From: Eledone cirrhosa
Lineage: Eukaryota
NCBI GenBank assembly: GCA_964016885.1
Contig: OZ024741.1
Coordinates: forward strand, 335,110,001-335,174,000
DNA length: 64,000 nt
Direction: 5' to 3'
In this document: positions 1 through 10,920 of the stretch, piece by piece
How the letters are laid out: every line of letters starts with the position of its first letter
Numbering within the stretch: position 1 is the stretch's first letter
The notes under the pieces: model-generated
Databases searched by the model: none
Seen by the model: only the letters and a program-made list of their open reading frames with translations
Told to the model about the DNA's origin: nothing
Translations under genes and position numbers: made by a program

Positions 1-246
1 TGGGTTTCTGTAACTGCTCACTTTTCACAATCTTTCTATTTCTTCTTTTATTCCGCATTCCATTTTTTTTATGAAAGACTAGTGTTCGAAACGTTAAACC
101 TTTTCCTACTCTAATAAGCATGAAACTAATATTTTCATTGTATTTTGTCTGTTGTGTTTTTTCCATTTACTTTTCACTGAGAGAGAGAGAGAGAGAGAGA
201 GAGAGTCCCGGTACTGACACCACTTGGTGTCGCAGTTGTCATTTTA

Positions 247-303
<57 letters not shown>

Positions 304-458
304 CTCATCTTTTTCTATTTCTTAGAAGGGTCTAAAGCCACTATCAGGCTAAAATTTCTTTAGTCAAAAATACGGCAAAAGCGTCTATTTCTAATTTACA
401 TATATACACAGACATATATATATACTGTATATACATGTGTATATATATATATATATAT

Positions 459-895
459 GTAAAAGTTCTATTTAAATTGTTGGGATACAACAAGCAAATA
501 TTTTTATAACTGATATAAAGCACTCAACAAAGAATTGGAGTAAAAATACGATTAACAAATGGAAACTATATTTATAAAACCATATTTATTTCATTATACA
601 TATTTCAAGGACACCAAGTTAAATTATGGTGTGCTTTCATCAGATAAAATATAATATAGAGCAGTTTTATAAATAAATATTGACATACCCTTAAAGAATG
701 CGACCATTACTATCCGGGAGCTTCCAACAGTAATGGTCGCATTCTTTAAGGGTATGTCAATATTTATTTATAAAACTGCTCTATATCATATTTTATCTGA
801 TGAAAGCACACCATAATTTAACTTGGTGTCCTTGAAATATGTATAATGAAATAAATATGGTTTTATAAATATAGTTTCCATTTGTTAATATCGTA
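459..895. mobile_element. Fold-back HHR element in (TA)n (arms about 552-711 and 729-888, plus a left-only extension to 459)
   Basis: Near-perfect inverted repeat of about 160 bp with a 17-nt loop. Each arm carries ttttat-CTGATGA..GAAA-tatgta-TA|atgaaa (+ 791-851; - 589-649). Homologous to 52545-52786. Confidence 0.85.
791..851 (+). ncRNA. Minimal hammerhead ribozyme (mirror copy at 589-649 on the minus strand)
   Basis: CTGATGA 797-803, stem II aagcacacca/tggtgtcctt, GAAA 834-837, quasi-palindromic TATGTA, predicted cleavage after 845. Confidence 0.8.
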
Positions 896-1428
896 TATAT
901 ATATATATATATAAAGAAAAAGGGAGAGAGATGGTATCACATATTCAACATCAGTATATTTCATTACATCATTCATTATATATTCATATGCATATATGTC
1001 ACATAGAAACTGTCAGTAATATAACAATTACCTAATCATATCATTGAAATGTAAAATATGCAATAAATCAATTATGTAAAATTAACTGTGTCTTAACAAT
1101 ATTTCATAAAATGGAAACTTTGTAACATTTAATCACCACCATTTCACTGGGGATACACTACTTATGTGGAGGGCTTTAGGACAGCTTAAACCAGTTTATC
1201 CTAGCTGTGTTACAATGTAACCTCCACGGATAATTATCTACATATATATATATGTATGTATGTATGAGTGTTCCAACCTGCATACTGAGGTGTTGGTAAA
1301 CAGCCAACACATACTCAAAATATGTGTGTGTGTTGGAGCACTCATACATCTAACAATTGAACTCACAACCTTTCGATTGCAAGGCCAATGCTCTAACCAC
1401 TAAGCCATGTGCCTCCATGTATGTGTGG

Positions 1429-1529
<101 letters not shown>

Positions 1530-1533
1530 TATA

Positions 1534-1604
<71 letters not shown>

Positions 1605-1605
1605 G

Positions 1606-1634
<29 letters not shown>

Positions 1635-1636
<2 letters not shown>

Positions 1637-1919
1637 ATTGTTATACTTGGGGAGGGTCATATTTGTATAATATTGCCAGAATTAATAACAGAACACACTC
1701 ACTGTTTGGTTGGTTTTCGCTTTACGCTTCTGTGTCTTTTATATCGGTAATCTAATTTATTCGGTCCTCAATGTTGCCATTGACTGACCAATGGTCAAAA
1801 ATAATACCGATATAAAATACACAGAAGCGAAAAGTGAAAACCAACCAAACAGTGAGTGTGTTCTGTTATTAATTCTGGCAATATTACACAAATATGACCC
1901 TCCCCAAGTATAACAATAT
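1635..1919. mobile_element. MITE with about 115-bp terminal inverted repeats
   Basis: Arms 1635-1749 and 1805-1919. Terminus tgttatacttggggagggtca resembles the ends of the 41938-42183 element. Confidence 0.7.
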
Positions 1920-2237
1920 TTGTTTTGGCACACAATTTCATATAAGAAACCTCCCAAAACTAATTCATCGCCGTTATATATATATATATTCAATTCTTAG
2001 ACCGGGTGATGTGTTGTTTCCTTGAGCAAGACACTTTATTTCACATTGCTCCAGTTTACTCAGCTGTAGAAATGAGATGATAGGGACTTGGGTCCCTATC
2101 ATTCCACTGTAAAGTGGTCGTGGAGCTGCCACGACAAAAAAGCACCCAGCACTCACTGTAAATGAGGTTGGTGTTAGGAAGGGCATCCAGCTGTAGAAAT
2201 GAAGCCAGAATCAGTTCCCGTCCCACCCTTGCAAGCA

Positions 2238-2530
2238 TCATCATTTTACGTCTGCTTTTCCTTGCTTGCAAGGGTGGGACATGTCCTCTTCAGCACAGCA
2301 TCTCGCTATTTGTCATGGTCCTTCATCATCTCCTTTGTGATCTTCAGTGATCTGAGGTCATCTCTCACCACCTCCACCCATGTTTTTTGTGGTCTTCCTC
2401 TACTACGTCTTCCTTCCACCGGGATTACTTGACACTTCTTCACCCAGCAGTCATCTTCCATGCGCATCACATGGCCATACCAACACAGTTTTCTCTCCTG
2501 CACAATACAGTTTATTTCTCTTATTAACAT
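2238..2530 (-). pseudogene. RTE LINE 3' fragment
   Basis: RKLCWYGHVMRMEDD..VEGRRSRGRPQKTW..DDL followed by a tail ending gacgtaaaatgatga. Confidence 0.85.
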
Positions 2531-3014
2531 TTAAGTATATATTAGCACATATGCATACACTCATTTAGATACACCCATAGATTCTTGAAATCCATTATAT
2601 ATATATATAGATGTGAGAAAAACCACAAACCCTCCATCTCAATTCTACTTTTGAAAAGCACAAGAACTGCAAAACCGGTAAAGGAAACAAATAAATATAT
2701 TTTTAAAAAAAAGACACCAGTTGCATTTTCGATTTTATCTTTTTTCCTTATACTTTCACTCGTGTAGGACACCTCGTTTTTTTTCATTTTGTAAAACAAC
2801 CTCACTTTCTAATATATATATATATATATTTAATACAATAACAGAGATAGTTTAAAGCTAAACTCTGACTGGTAACCATCTCACTCAACAAACATTAGGT
2901 TATATTTAAATATAAACCCAATTTAAGTGTTTGGGGTGCTAACAATATGTATAATGTGGAAAAACCAGTTGTATTATTTTATGAGATATAATTAAAGTTA
3001 AAGTATATCTCTCT

Positions 3015-3139
3015 TTCCAAACAATTGTTTCATTATAAGTTTTCTACAAGTTGGGAGAATATTTCCAGTTTATGTAGAAGCCTAATATATATTCATGTAA
3101 GAATATATTTAGGTGGGTGCTTATAAATCATCAGTGGAA
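3015..3139 (-). ncRNA. Hammerhead ribozyme with large branched stem II
   Basis: Minus strand: ttcca-CTGATGA-t-ttataag..about 80 nt..cttataa-t-GAAA-palindromic CAATTG-TT|tggaa. Confidence 0.75.
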
Positions 3140-4015
3140 GCCCATTAAACTTTGATATAAGAAAGAAATTCTTACCGCAGTCAAAAATCGTGTCTGTTAA
3201 GTTGCTCCTTCCCGGATCGAATGACCGCCAAATTTGAAATTCCAGCAGTTTTTGACTGAGGAAGTATCATAGCGACACGAAGCGGGAAGGGGAGACAACT
3301 ACGATCCACGAAAGGAGGAAAAAAATAATAATATACACGCGGGTTAATTAGTTTTTTCGAAAACATTATCAATCCAACGTGTTAAGAACTCAATTGAAAA
3401 TAAAAAAAATATAAATATATGCGTGTATAAATTACACACGCATATAGATATTTTCTTAGGCTAAAATCAGAAGTTGTACCCGAATAAGAACCGCATCTCA
3501 TAACCGCAGTAAATACAGAAAGTTATGCTTTAAAGGGCAAATGGGAATGTAAATCTCCGGCCGAATTAAGAGTAAAATATAAAACACACGCGGGTTAATT
3601 AGTTATTTCAAAACCAATATCAATTCCTCGTGTAAAGAACTCAATTAATTAAAGAAAATAAATGTATGCATGTAATTATACACATAGGCATATATATATT
3701 TTCTTAGGCTAAAAAACAGAGAAGTTACAACCAAAAAAAAACACAACATTTCACAACAGTAATAAATGCGGAAAGTCAAATTCATAAGGCACCTGGAAAT
3801 AAACACCTCTGGCCAATCAAGAGTAAATATTTAATACAATAACAGAGATAGTTTAAAGCTAAACGCTGACTGGTAACCATCTCACTCAACAAACAATAGG
3901 TTATATTTAAATATAAACCCAATTTAAGTGTTTGGGGTGCTAACAATATGTATAATGTGGAAAAACCAGTTGTATTATTTTATGAGATATAATTAAAGTT
4001 AAAGTATATCTCTCT

Positions 4016-4140
4016 TTCCAAACAATTGTTTCATTATAAGTTTTCTACAAGTTGGGAGAATATTTCCAGTTTATGTAGAAGCCTAATATATATTCATGTA
4101 AGAATATATTTAGGTGGGTGCTTATAAATCATCAGTGGAA
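4016..4140 (-). ncRNA. Hammerhead ribozyme, second repeat copy
   Basis: Same motif as 3015-3139, offset by 1001 nt. Confidence 0.75.
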
Positions 4141-4216
4141 GCCCATTAAACTTTGATATAAAGAAGAAATTCTTACCGCAGTCAAAAATCGTGTCTGTAT
4201 ATATATATATATATAC

Positions 4217-4552
4217 ATGGCTTAGTGGTTAGAGCATTGGCCTTGCAATCGAAAGATTGTGAGTTCAATTCTCAGACCGGGTGATGTGTTGTTTCCTTGA
4301 GCAAGACACTTTATTTCACATTGCTCCAGTTTACTCAGCTGTAGAAATGAGATGATAGGGACTGAGGTCCCTATCATTCCACTGCAAAGTGGTCGTGGAG
4401 GTGCCACGGCAAAAAAGCACCCAGCACTCACTGTAAATGAGGTTGGTGTTAGGAAGGGCATCCAGCTGTAGAAATCAAGCCAGCATCAGTTCCCGTCCCA
4501 CCCTTGCAAGCAGGGAAAAAGCGGACGTAAAATGAAATGATGAAAATGATGA

Positions 4553-4555
<3 letters not shown>
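4217..4555 (+). mobile_element. Chimeric SINE: tRNA head plus CORE-like domain (family B) fused to an RTE-tailed family C segment
   Basis: tggcttagtggttagagc..gagttcaattc head, ccttgagcaagacactt..cagctgtagaaatgag core, (TGA)n tail. A 5'-truncated twin lies at 1989-2237. Confidence 0.75.
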
Positions 4556-4593
<38 letters not shown>

Positions 4594-4645
4594 GTGAAAT
4601 CCAGGCTCAGAAAATAATGGTAACAACAGTTGATCACAACAAATG

Positions 4646-4839
4646 ATAATTGTTTCTACTATTGGCACAAGGCCAGTAATTAACCCAGTGCATTACTGGT
4701 ACTTTATTTTATCGTCCCCGTAAGGTTGAAAGGCAAAGTTTTTTATTCGTGGGAATTGAACTTAGACCATAAAGGGCTGTAACTCTATGCTGCAATGCAT
4801 GGCGTCCGAGCCTCCACTGATACTGTCAATCCACTACCC
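4646..4839 (-). mobile_element. SINE family A copy
   Basis: Reverse-complement homology to 5225-5445. Confidence 0.85.
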
Positions 4840-5224
4840 ACTACAAATAATAAATATAGAAAATTGGGTAAGATAACCTTAGAGAGAGAAAAAAGTGATC
4901 AGCAGTAGCTGCAGAGAAAATCTGGCTGGAATTTAATTCTATATGCCTCACCAAGTAATTTCATGTAATTTTTTTATTTTTTTCATTTTCATTTGATGAA
5001 ATACTCCAAGGACAGGATTTGACATGAAATTATATGGCAAGGACAATATTAAGATAGATATGTGATGAAGAAGACCAGTTAAATGTAGAGGAGACAATTG
5101 ACATATACAGGGAGGAAATGTTTAGTTGGTTCCATACACCACAACTGGGGGTGTGATAAACACTCTAACTAAAGAACAAGAGAATCATCCTCCTCCTCAT
5201 CATCATCATTATTTAACCCTTTAA

Positions 5225-5445
5225 GGGTGCTGGATTGGCAGTATCAGTAGAGGGTCGGACGCCATGCTTTGCGACATAGAGTTATGGCCCTTTATGATCT
5301 GAGTTCAAATCATACTGAGGTTAACTTTGCTTTTCATCCTTACGGGGTCAATAAAATAAAGTACCAGTCATGCACTGGGGTCGATTTAACTGACTTTCCC
5401 TTCCCCCTAATTGCTGGCCTTGTGCCTATATAAGAAACCATTATT
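5225..5445 (+). mobile_element. tRNA-derived SINE family A
   Basis: A/B-box-like head (tggcagtatcagtag; gagttcaaatc), conserved core ctttcatccttacggggtc-ataaaataaagtaccag, and ggccttgtgcc..attatt tail. At least 8 copies in the window. Confidence 0.85.
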
Positions 5446-5660
5446 TAACTCTTTAGCATTTAAACTGGCCGTATCCGGCCAGAATTCTCTCACCTTTTTC
5501 TATTTAAACCAACAGTAACTTGCTACTCATACTTACATTAAAATATTGTTCTCAAAATGAATAACATTAAAATCTCATAGATTCGATATTATGTAAGATA
5601 TAGCCTTTCCCGTGGAAATACAATAGTATATATAGAGTAATGTAAATGTTAAAGAGTTAA
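5445..5660. mobile_element. TTAA-flanked (piggyBac-like) MITE
   Basis: ttaactctttagcattta ... taaatgttaaagagttaa. Same family at 40702-40916 and 59291-59519. Confidence 0.7.
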
Positions 5661-6319
5661 TATCCATTGTCCATGCTAGCATGGGTTTGACAAGTTGTTC
5701 TGTTGTGAGACAAGTCAGATTAGGTGACTGTGTCTTGCTCATACAGAACTGTTTCTTGTGTGTACATATCATCATTTAACGTCCATTGCCCATGCTAGCA
5801 TAGGTTAGAAGAGTTCCCACACTCTCTCTATCTTTACAGAGTGGCCCAGGTGCATTTTTGTGGTACCGTTCACTGAAAAGTCCTGTTTACCCTTTTTATC
5901 ATGGCTGGACACCCATCGTTTCTTTCAACAGTAACTTTACAGAGTGTAAAATTACATATATATCTGATGGTACCAACACTAGTAGGGGTGTTATACCCTT
6001 GACACAATTGACGGTTCCTCTTAATCTCATGTTTGGCTAGGTTTCTATGGCTTGGTAGCCTTCCTATAGTACAAAGGGTGTCATGCCCTTGACACAACTG
6101 AAGGGTCCTCTTAATCCTTTGTTTGGCATAGTTTCCACAGGTAGGTGGCATTTGTATATATATATATATAACCTTACAGAGTGTAAAATTCCATATACTT
6201 CTGATGGGACTTGAACTTGCAACCAGTTTAAGAGGCTGTTGCCTTAACCATTAGATCAAAACAGCTTATATATATATATATAATATAAGATCAAAAGATG
6301 GTTAAAGGAGTTCCATATA

Positions 6320-6386
6320 TTTTATTATGTGCATTTCAAAAACAAACATCATCAAGCAATAATATTTGTGTTTTCATCAGATAAAA
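6320..6386 (-). ncRNA. Hammerhead ribozyme, PLE downstream copy (stem III palindrome altered to TGCACA)
   Basis: Same core and stems as the other two PLE copies, with one substitution in stem III. Confidence 0.8.
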
Positions 6387-7366
6387 CAGGAGAACATGAT
6401 ATGAAGGCTAAAAAAACACTTGTTGATAGTGCAGTTTTAAATCAACATATGAAAAGTGGTTTTAGATTGATGTGTGATATTGGGAAAAATATTTTATTTA
6501 GAGAGGGGGGGGGGATGAAAAGGGAAGGAGATGAGAGGGAGAGATGGGTGATAGAGAGAAAGAGATAGTTTTTATAACTGAGAGGAGATATATTTTTTAC
6601 ATAGAGGGGTTGAAAACCGTTGGAAGATACTGTATAAATTAAAAATTTTGAAAATTAACGAAGGGAGGATATGTGCGAGGAAAAAATATTTTATTTAGGG
6701 AGGGGGGGGGTGGAAAGGATGAAAAAAAGGGGAGAGGAGATGAGAGTGAAGGTGGAGAGGGAGAGATGGGTGATAGAGAGAAAGAGATAGTTTTTATAAC
6801 TGAGAAAAAGATATATTGTTTTAATATAGAGAGGTTGGGAACCGTTGGAAGATAATGTATAAATTAAAGGAATTTGAAAATTAACGAAGGGAAATTATGT
6901 ATGAAGATAGAGAGAAAAAAATAATAATTGTGGGTGAATATTCTAACGTCAAAAGAAGAAATGTATGTATTGTGGCAATTTCAAAATTAGCGAAGAGAAA
7001 AGTTGTTAAGGTTTGTGTGTAGAAGGATTTGAGAAAAATAATGTGAAGTTAAAGTTTGTATATTGAATTGATATGTATTAATAATGAGTTCGTTGATGGG
7101 GAGAAAAAAATAATAATAAATTAAGGATGAAATTGAGATTAAAAAGATTTATGATAGAGAGAAAAAATAATAATGATTGCGGATGAATATTCAAAATGTC
7201 AAAAACAAATGTTATTATTTTACGAGAAGATAGAATGAGGGTAATGAGTAAACGAGTATTATAGAGTGTATAATGCCCTTTAAAGTAAGGTAGATGGGTA
7301 TATTTTAAAGAGGTGTATGTATATGTGCCTTTGAGAAAAGATTCTAAATTGATAAAGAATTGAATA

Positions 7367-9826
7367 TTAACTGTATACTTTGTGAAAAGTTCTATGGAAT
7401 TTATGCAGGCAGATAGAAAACAAATCTGAGCGTCTATTTATTATAGATTCTAGGTTAGAGATAATGGTAAATTTTTCATTTAGGCAGAGATTACAGATTT
7501 TAGATAGAGAGCTGTTCAAGTATGAGGATGCAGAAGAAATCTTTTTCCAAAAGATGTTATATTTAATGTTTTTGTCTTTTAAGGACCATATGAGTTCTGA
7601 GAGAGCAGTGTTAGTTCTTTTAAGTTTGTATTTGAAAGATGAATGATGATTATAGAGACGAGCTTTAAAAGAGGTGGAAGTGGAGCCAAAATAGGTGAAG
7701 GAATTGGTGCTAGTTATAATTTTACATTCATAAATTAAGTTTTTATCGAGGCAATGGTTGTTGAGAGGACATTTATTTTTAATGCGGCAGTTGCAATTAG
7801 AGAGATTATTAATGAGTGATCTAGTGTTATCTATAGAAGGAATTGGATTGGAGAAGTTGTTTGCGATAGGAATAACAGGAATAATAGTTTCTTGATTTAG
7901 AGTTGGATTATGAACATTTAGCGAAGTTGTGTTTGACGTTGTATTTGGGTTTACAGAAGTTAGCCTAGGGTTTACAATGACGTCGGGAGTACTATTACTG
8001 TTATTATGAAATTCAATATTGGAAGGAAGAGATTTAGTATTTAATATTTTGTTGTGTTTAGAGATGATGTTGGAAATATTGGAGGATGTAGAATACGAAA
8101 ATTTGATGGTGTGTTTGTTAAATATTTTACTATAGATATGTGAGGGAGGGAAGCATTTATTTAAGGCACTAAAAAATAATTTAGGAATATTGTTATTAAT
8201 AGAGATGGAGAAAGGAGCATTATACCAGATTATGTTTTTGTATCTAGGTCTTTTATTAAAATTATTGGAATGGTCATGATTAATTATTCTACTGTAAGTT
8301 TTCCTAGAATTTGTTTCTTTATTATATTTGATTTTATCTGGATAGCCGGCTTTAGAAAGTGCGTTATTATAGTAATTGGCGTTAGCATCAAAGATGTTTT
8401 TATTAGAAGATATGTTAGATATTCTATTTCCAATATTATTAACTATAGCATTCTTGATATTGGTAGGATGGTTAGATTTAAAGTTAACATAATTAAGATT
8501 CTCATTGTTTTTATGGTAAGGGTAATATAGGCCAGTGTCAAGATTAAGAGATACATCCAAGAAATTAGCTAGTTTGATACTATTATCAAATTCAATTTTT
8601 AGGTTATGTTGGTTAAAGAGATTACGTATATTGTTCTTAATAATATTAAGTTTAACTATATTGCAATTTAGGATAGTAAAGAGTCCATCGTCACGATAAA
8701 TTCCACCGCGAAGTTGAGGAATTTTCCGACTCAAAGAGTTCAAAATGAAGATACCAATTAAATCAGTCAATTGGGATGAATCGGATGCTCCCATTGTGAT
8801 GTCGAAGTTGTTAGAGGTATCGGCTCTGGTCCAATATTCGTTGTTGAACTCTAGGATGGTTTTACGTGCGGTGAGGATGATGTGAAGTTCATCTGTGGTG
8901 ATGTCAGAATATTTAAGTGCGAAAGATAGAGCATTATTGAGAAGTGAAGGCGAAATGGAGGAATAGTAGCTGGCAATATCGAATTGAATAAATTTTAGTT
9001 TGTTTTTATTATCCAATTTGTTGAACCAGCCAATCACTTCAGAAGTACCAAACCATAAATTTAGGTTTAAAGAAGAGCAATTAGAACTAACCTGTGGGAT
9101 AATCCTATCCAAGATGGCTTTACTAACAACCCCCAGATCAGATTTAGAGGGGGCGATTAATCTAACAGGTAGTTCAGTGCGAAAATTGTTTTTGTGATCC
9201 TTGAGATTTATCCTCGGAGTTCTTGGGAGGAATGGTTCAGTCTTTTTTTCAATGCCAAGTTTTGACATAATCTCATAGGCTTCAAGGTTTATGCATTCTA
9301 AATTTTCATGGTTGGTTTTACGATACTTTTTCCTAAGTTCCTTTAGGATAAGGTTGTTATAATTATCCTTGGAAATACCACATAGGTTATTGGTTTTGTC
9401 AGAGTGGACTAAAACATTTTTTGAGGAATTTAGGTTAGAGATTGTGTTCTTGAGATTTACAAGGTGCTCTTGTCCTTTGTAAGGGTATCTCTTGAATTTA
9501 AGATTTTTTATTATTTTAGTTAATTCTTCCTCGAATTGTGCTAGATTTTTGTTGCAAGGAGGATTTCGTCTAGAATTAAAAAGATGATCGAGGAAGTTGT
9601 GTTCTTTGGTATGAAAGTTCCCTTTTAGGCGCTGGTCATAGAAATAGGCTGTCCATCTAAGTCTTCTTACGAAGGAGTCAGTTTTTTCAATAAGAAGTTT
9701 GGTGAATTCGGATTTACCAGGTATAGGAATGTCTTTAGTTGAATTGGTTATGTTGTAATAATCCATGTTGTAGAAGAAGAGGTGAAGGACCATCAAAAGG
9801 TATCCAATATGAGAGTAAGCGCTCAA
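7367..9826 (-). CDS. PLE polyprotein: reverse transcriptase plus C-terminal GIY-YIG endonuclease (Hydra-clade-like); probable ATG at 9793 or 9766
   Basis: Uninterrupted 819-codon frame. RT motifs IQFDIASYYSSI, DITMGASDS, YRDDGL, NFLDVSL. Endonuclease region CNCRIKNKC (CxCx5C), LIY..YFG, FKARLYNH, CNLCLNEK, CLH. Confidence 0.93.
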   Translation of the reverse strand: MSAYSHIGYLLMVLHLFFYNMDYYNITNSTKDIPIPGKSEFTKLLIEKTDSFVRRLRWTAYFYDQRLKGNFHTKEHNFLDHLFNSRRNPPCNKNLAQFEEELTKIIKNLKFKRYPYKGQEHLVNLKNTISNLNSSKNVLVHSDKTNNLCGISKDNYNNLILKELRKKYRKTNHENLECINLEAYEIMSKLGIEKKTEPFLPRTPRINLKDHKNNFRTELPVRLIAPSKSDLGVVSKAILDRIIPQVSSNCSSLNLNLWFGTSEVIGWFNKLDNKNKLKFIQFDIASYYSSISPSLLNNALSFALKYSDITTDELHIILTARKTILEFNNEYWTRADTSNNFDITMGASDSSQLTDLIGIFILNSLSRKIPQLRGGIYRDDGLFTILNCNIVKLNIIKNNIRNLFNQHNLKIEFDNSIKLANFLDVSLNLDTGLYYPYHKNNENLNYVNFKSNHPTNIKNAIVNNIGNRISNISSNKNIFDANANYYNNALSKAGYPDKIKYNKETNSRKTYSRIINHDHSNNFNKRPRYKNIIWYNAPFSISINNNIPKLFFSALNKCFPPSHIYSKIFNKHTIKFSYSTSSNISNIISKHNKILNTKSLPSNIEFHNNSNSTPDVIVNPRLTSVNPNTTSNTTSLNVHNPTLNQETIIPVIPIANNFSNPIPSIDNTRSLINNLSNCNCRIKNKCPLNNHCLDKNLIYECKIITSTNSFTYFGSTSTSFKARLYNHHSSFKYKLKRTNTALSELIWSLKDKNIKYNIFWKKISSASSYLNSSLSKICNLCLNEKFTIISNLESIINRRSDLFSICLHKFHRTFHKVYS

Positions 9827-9971
9827 CCGTTAAGGAGCAAGTTAATGTAGGCGGTGAGTTTATTGTAGTACAATAAAGCAATGCAGATATCGGATAAGAA
9901 GCACTCTACAGTTTGTGGGACTGGAGTATGCATAATATAAGATCCAAAGATGGTTAAAGGAGTTCCATATA

Positions 9972-10038
9972 TTTTATTATGCGCATTTCAAAAACAAACA
10001 TCATCAAGCAATAATATTTGTGTTTTCATCAGATAAAA
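9972..10038 (-). ncRNA. Hammerhead ribozyme, PLE upstream pseudo-LTR copy
   Basis: Reverse complement of the motif at 13811-13877, with the TGCGCA palindrome intact. Confidence 0.88.
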
Positions 10039-10920
10039 CAGGAGAACATGATATGAAGGCTAAAAAAACACTTGTTGATAGTGCAGTTTTAAATCAACAT
10101 ATGAAAAGTGGTTTTAGATTGATGTGTGATATTGGGAAAAATATTTTATTTAGAGAGGGGGGGGGGAAAGGATGAAAAGGGAAGGAGATGAGAGGGAGAG
10201 ATGGGTGATAGAGAGAAAGAGATAGTTTTTATAACTGAGAGGAGATATATTTTTTACATAGAGGGGTTGAAAACCGTTGGAAGATACTGTATAAATTAAA
10301 AATTTTGAAAATTAACGAAGGGAGGATATGTGCGAGGAAAAAATATTTTATTTAGGGAGGGGGGGGGTGGAAAGGATGAAAAAAAGGGGAGAGGAGATGA
10401 GAGTGAAGGTGGAGAGGGAGAGATGGGTGATAGAGAGAAAGAGATAGTTTTTATAACTGAGAAAAAGATATATTGTTTTAATATAGAGAGGTTGGGAACC
10501 GTTGGAAGATAATGTATAAATTAAAGGAATTTGAAAATTAACGAAGGGAAATTATGTATGAAGATAGAGAGAAAAAAATAATAATTGTGGGTGAATATTC
10601 TAACGTCAAAAGAAGAAATGTATGTATTGTGGCAATTTCAAAATTAGCGAAGAGAAAAGTTGTTAAGGTTTGTGTGTAGAAGGATTTGAGAAAAATAATG
10701 TGAAGTTAAAGTTTGTATATTGAATTGATATGTATTAATAATGAGTTCGTTGATGGGGAGAAAAAAATAATAATAAATTAAGGATGAAATTGAGATTAAA
10801 AAGATTTATGATAGAGAGAAAAAATAATAATGATTGCGGATGAATATTCAAAATGTCAAAAACAAATGTTATTATTTTACGAGAAGATAGAATGAGGGTA
10901 ACCTTGAAGCCTATGAGATT

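Larger units (their letters stand above)
2826..4198 (-). mobile_element. Non-coding, retrozyme-like/non-autonomous PLE-type element: about 370-bp direct repeats, 1001-bp unit, in (TA)n
   Basis: 2826-3197 is nearly identical to 3827-4198. Each repeat contains an HHR. There is no long ORF, and (TA)n lies on both flanks. Confidence 0.85.

Noticed and set aside
4217-4290. tRNA-like sequence
   Set aside because: It is a SINE head that runs into a repeat body and has no complete acceptor stem.
6329-6855. Short ORFs repeated in the PLE UTR copies and antisense to the RT
   Set aside because: They recur only because the DNA is duplicated, and they show no protein motifs.
6280-10901. LTR retrotransposon interpretation of the direct repeats
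   Set aside because: There are no TG..CA ends, PBS, gag, protease or integrase. The repeats are PLE pseudo-LTRs from partial tandem insertion.
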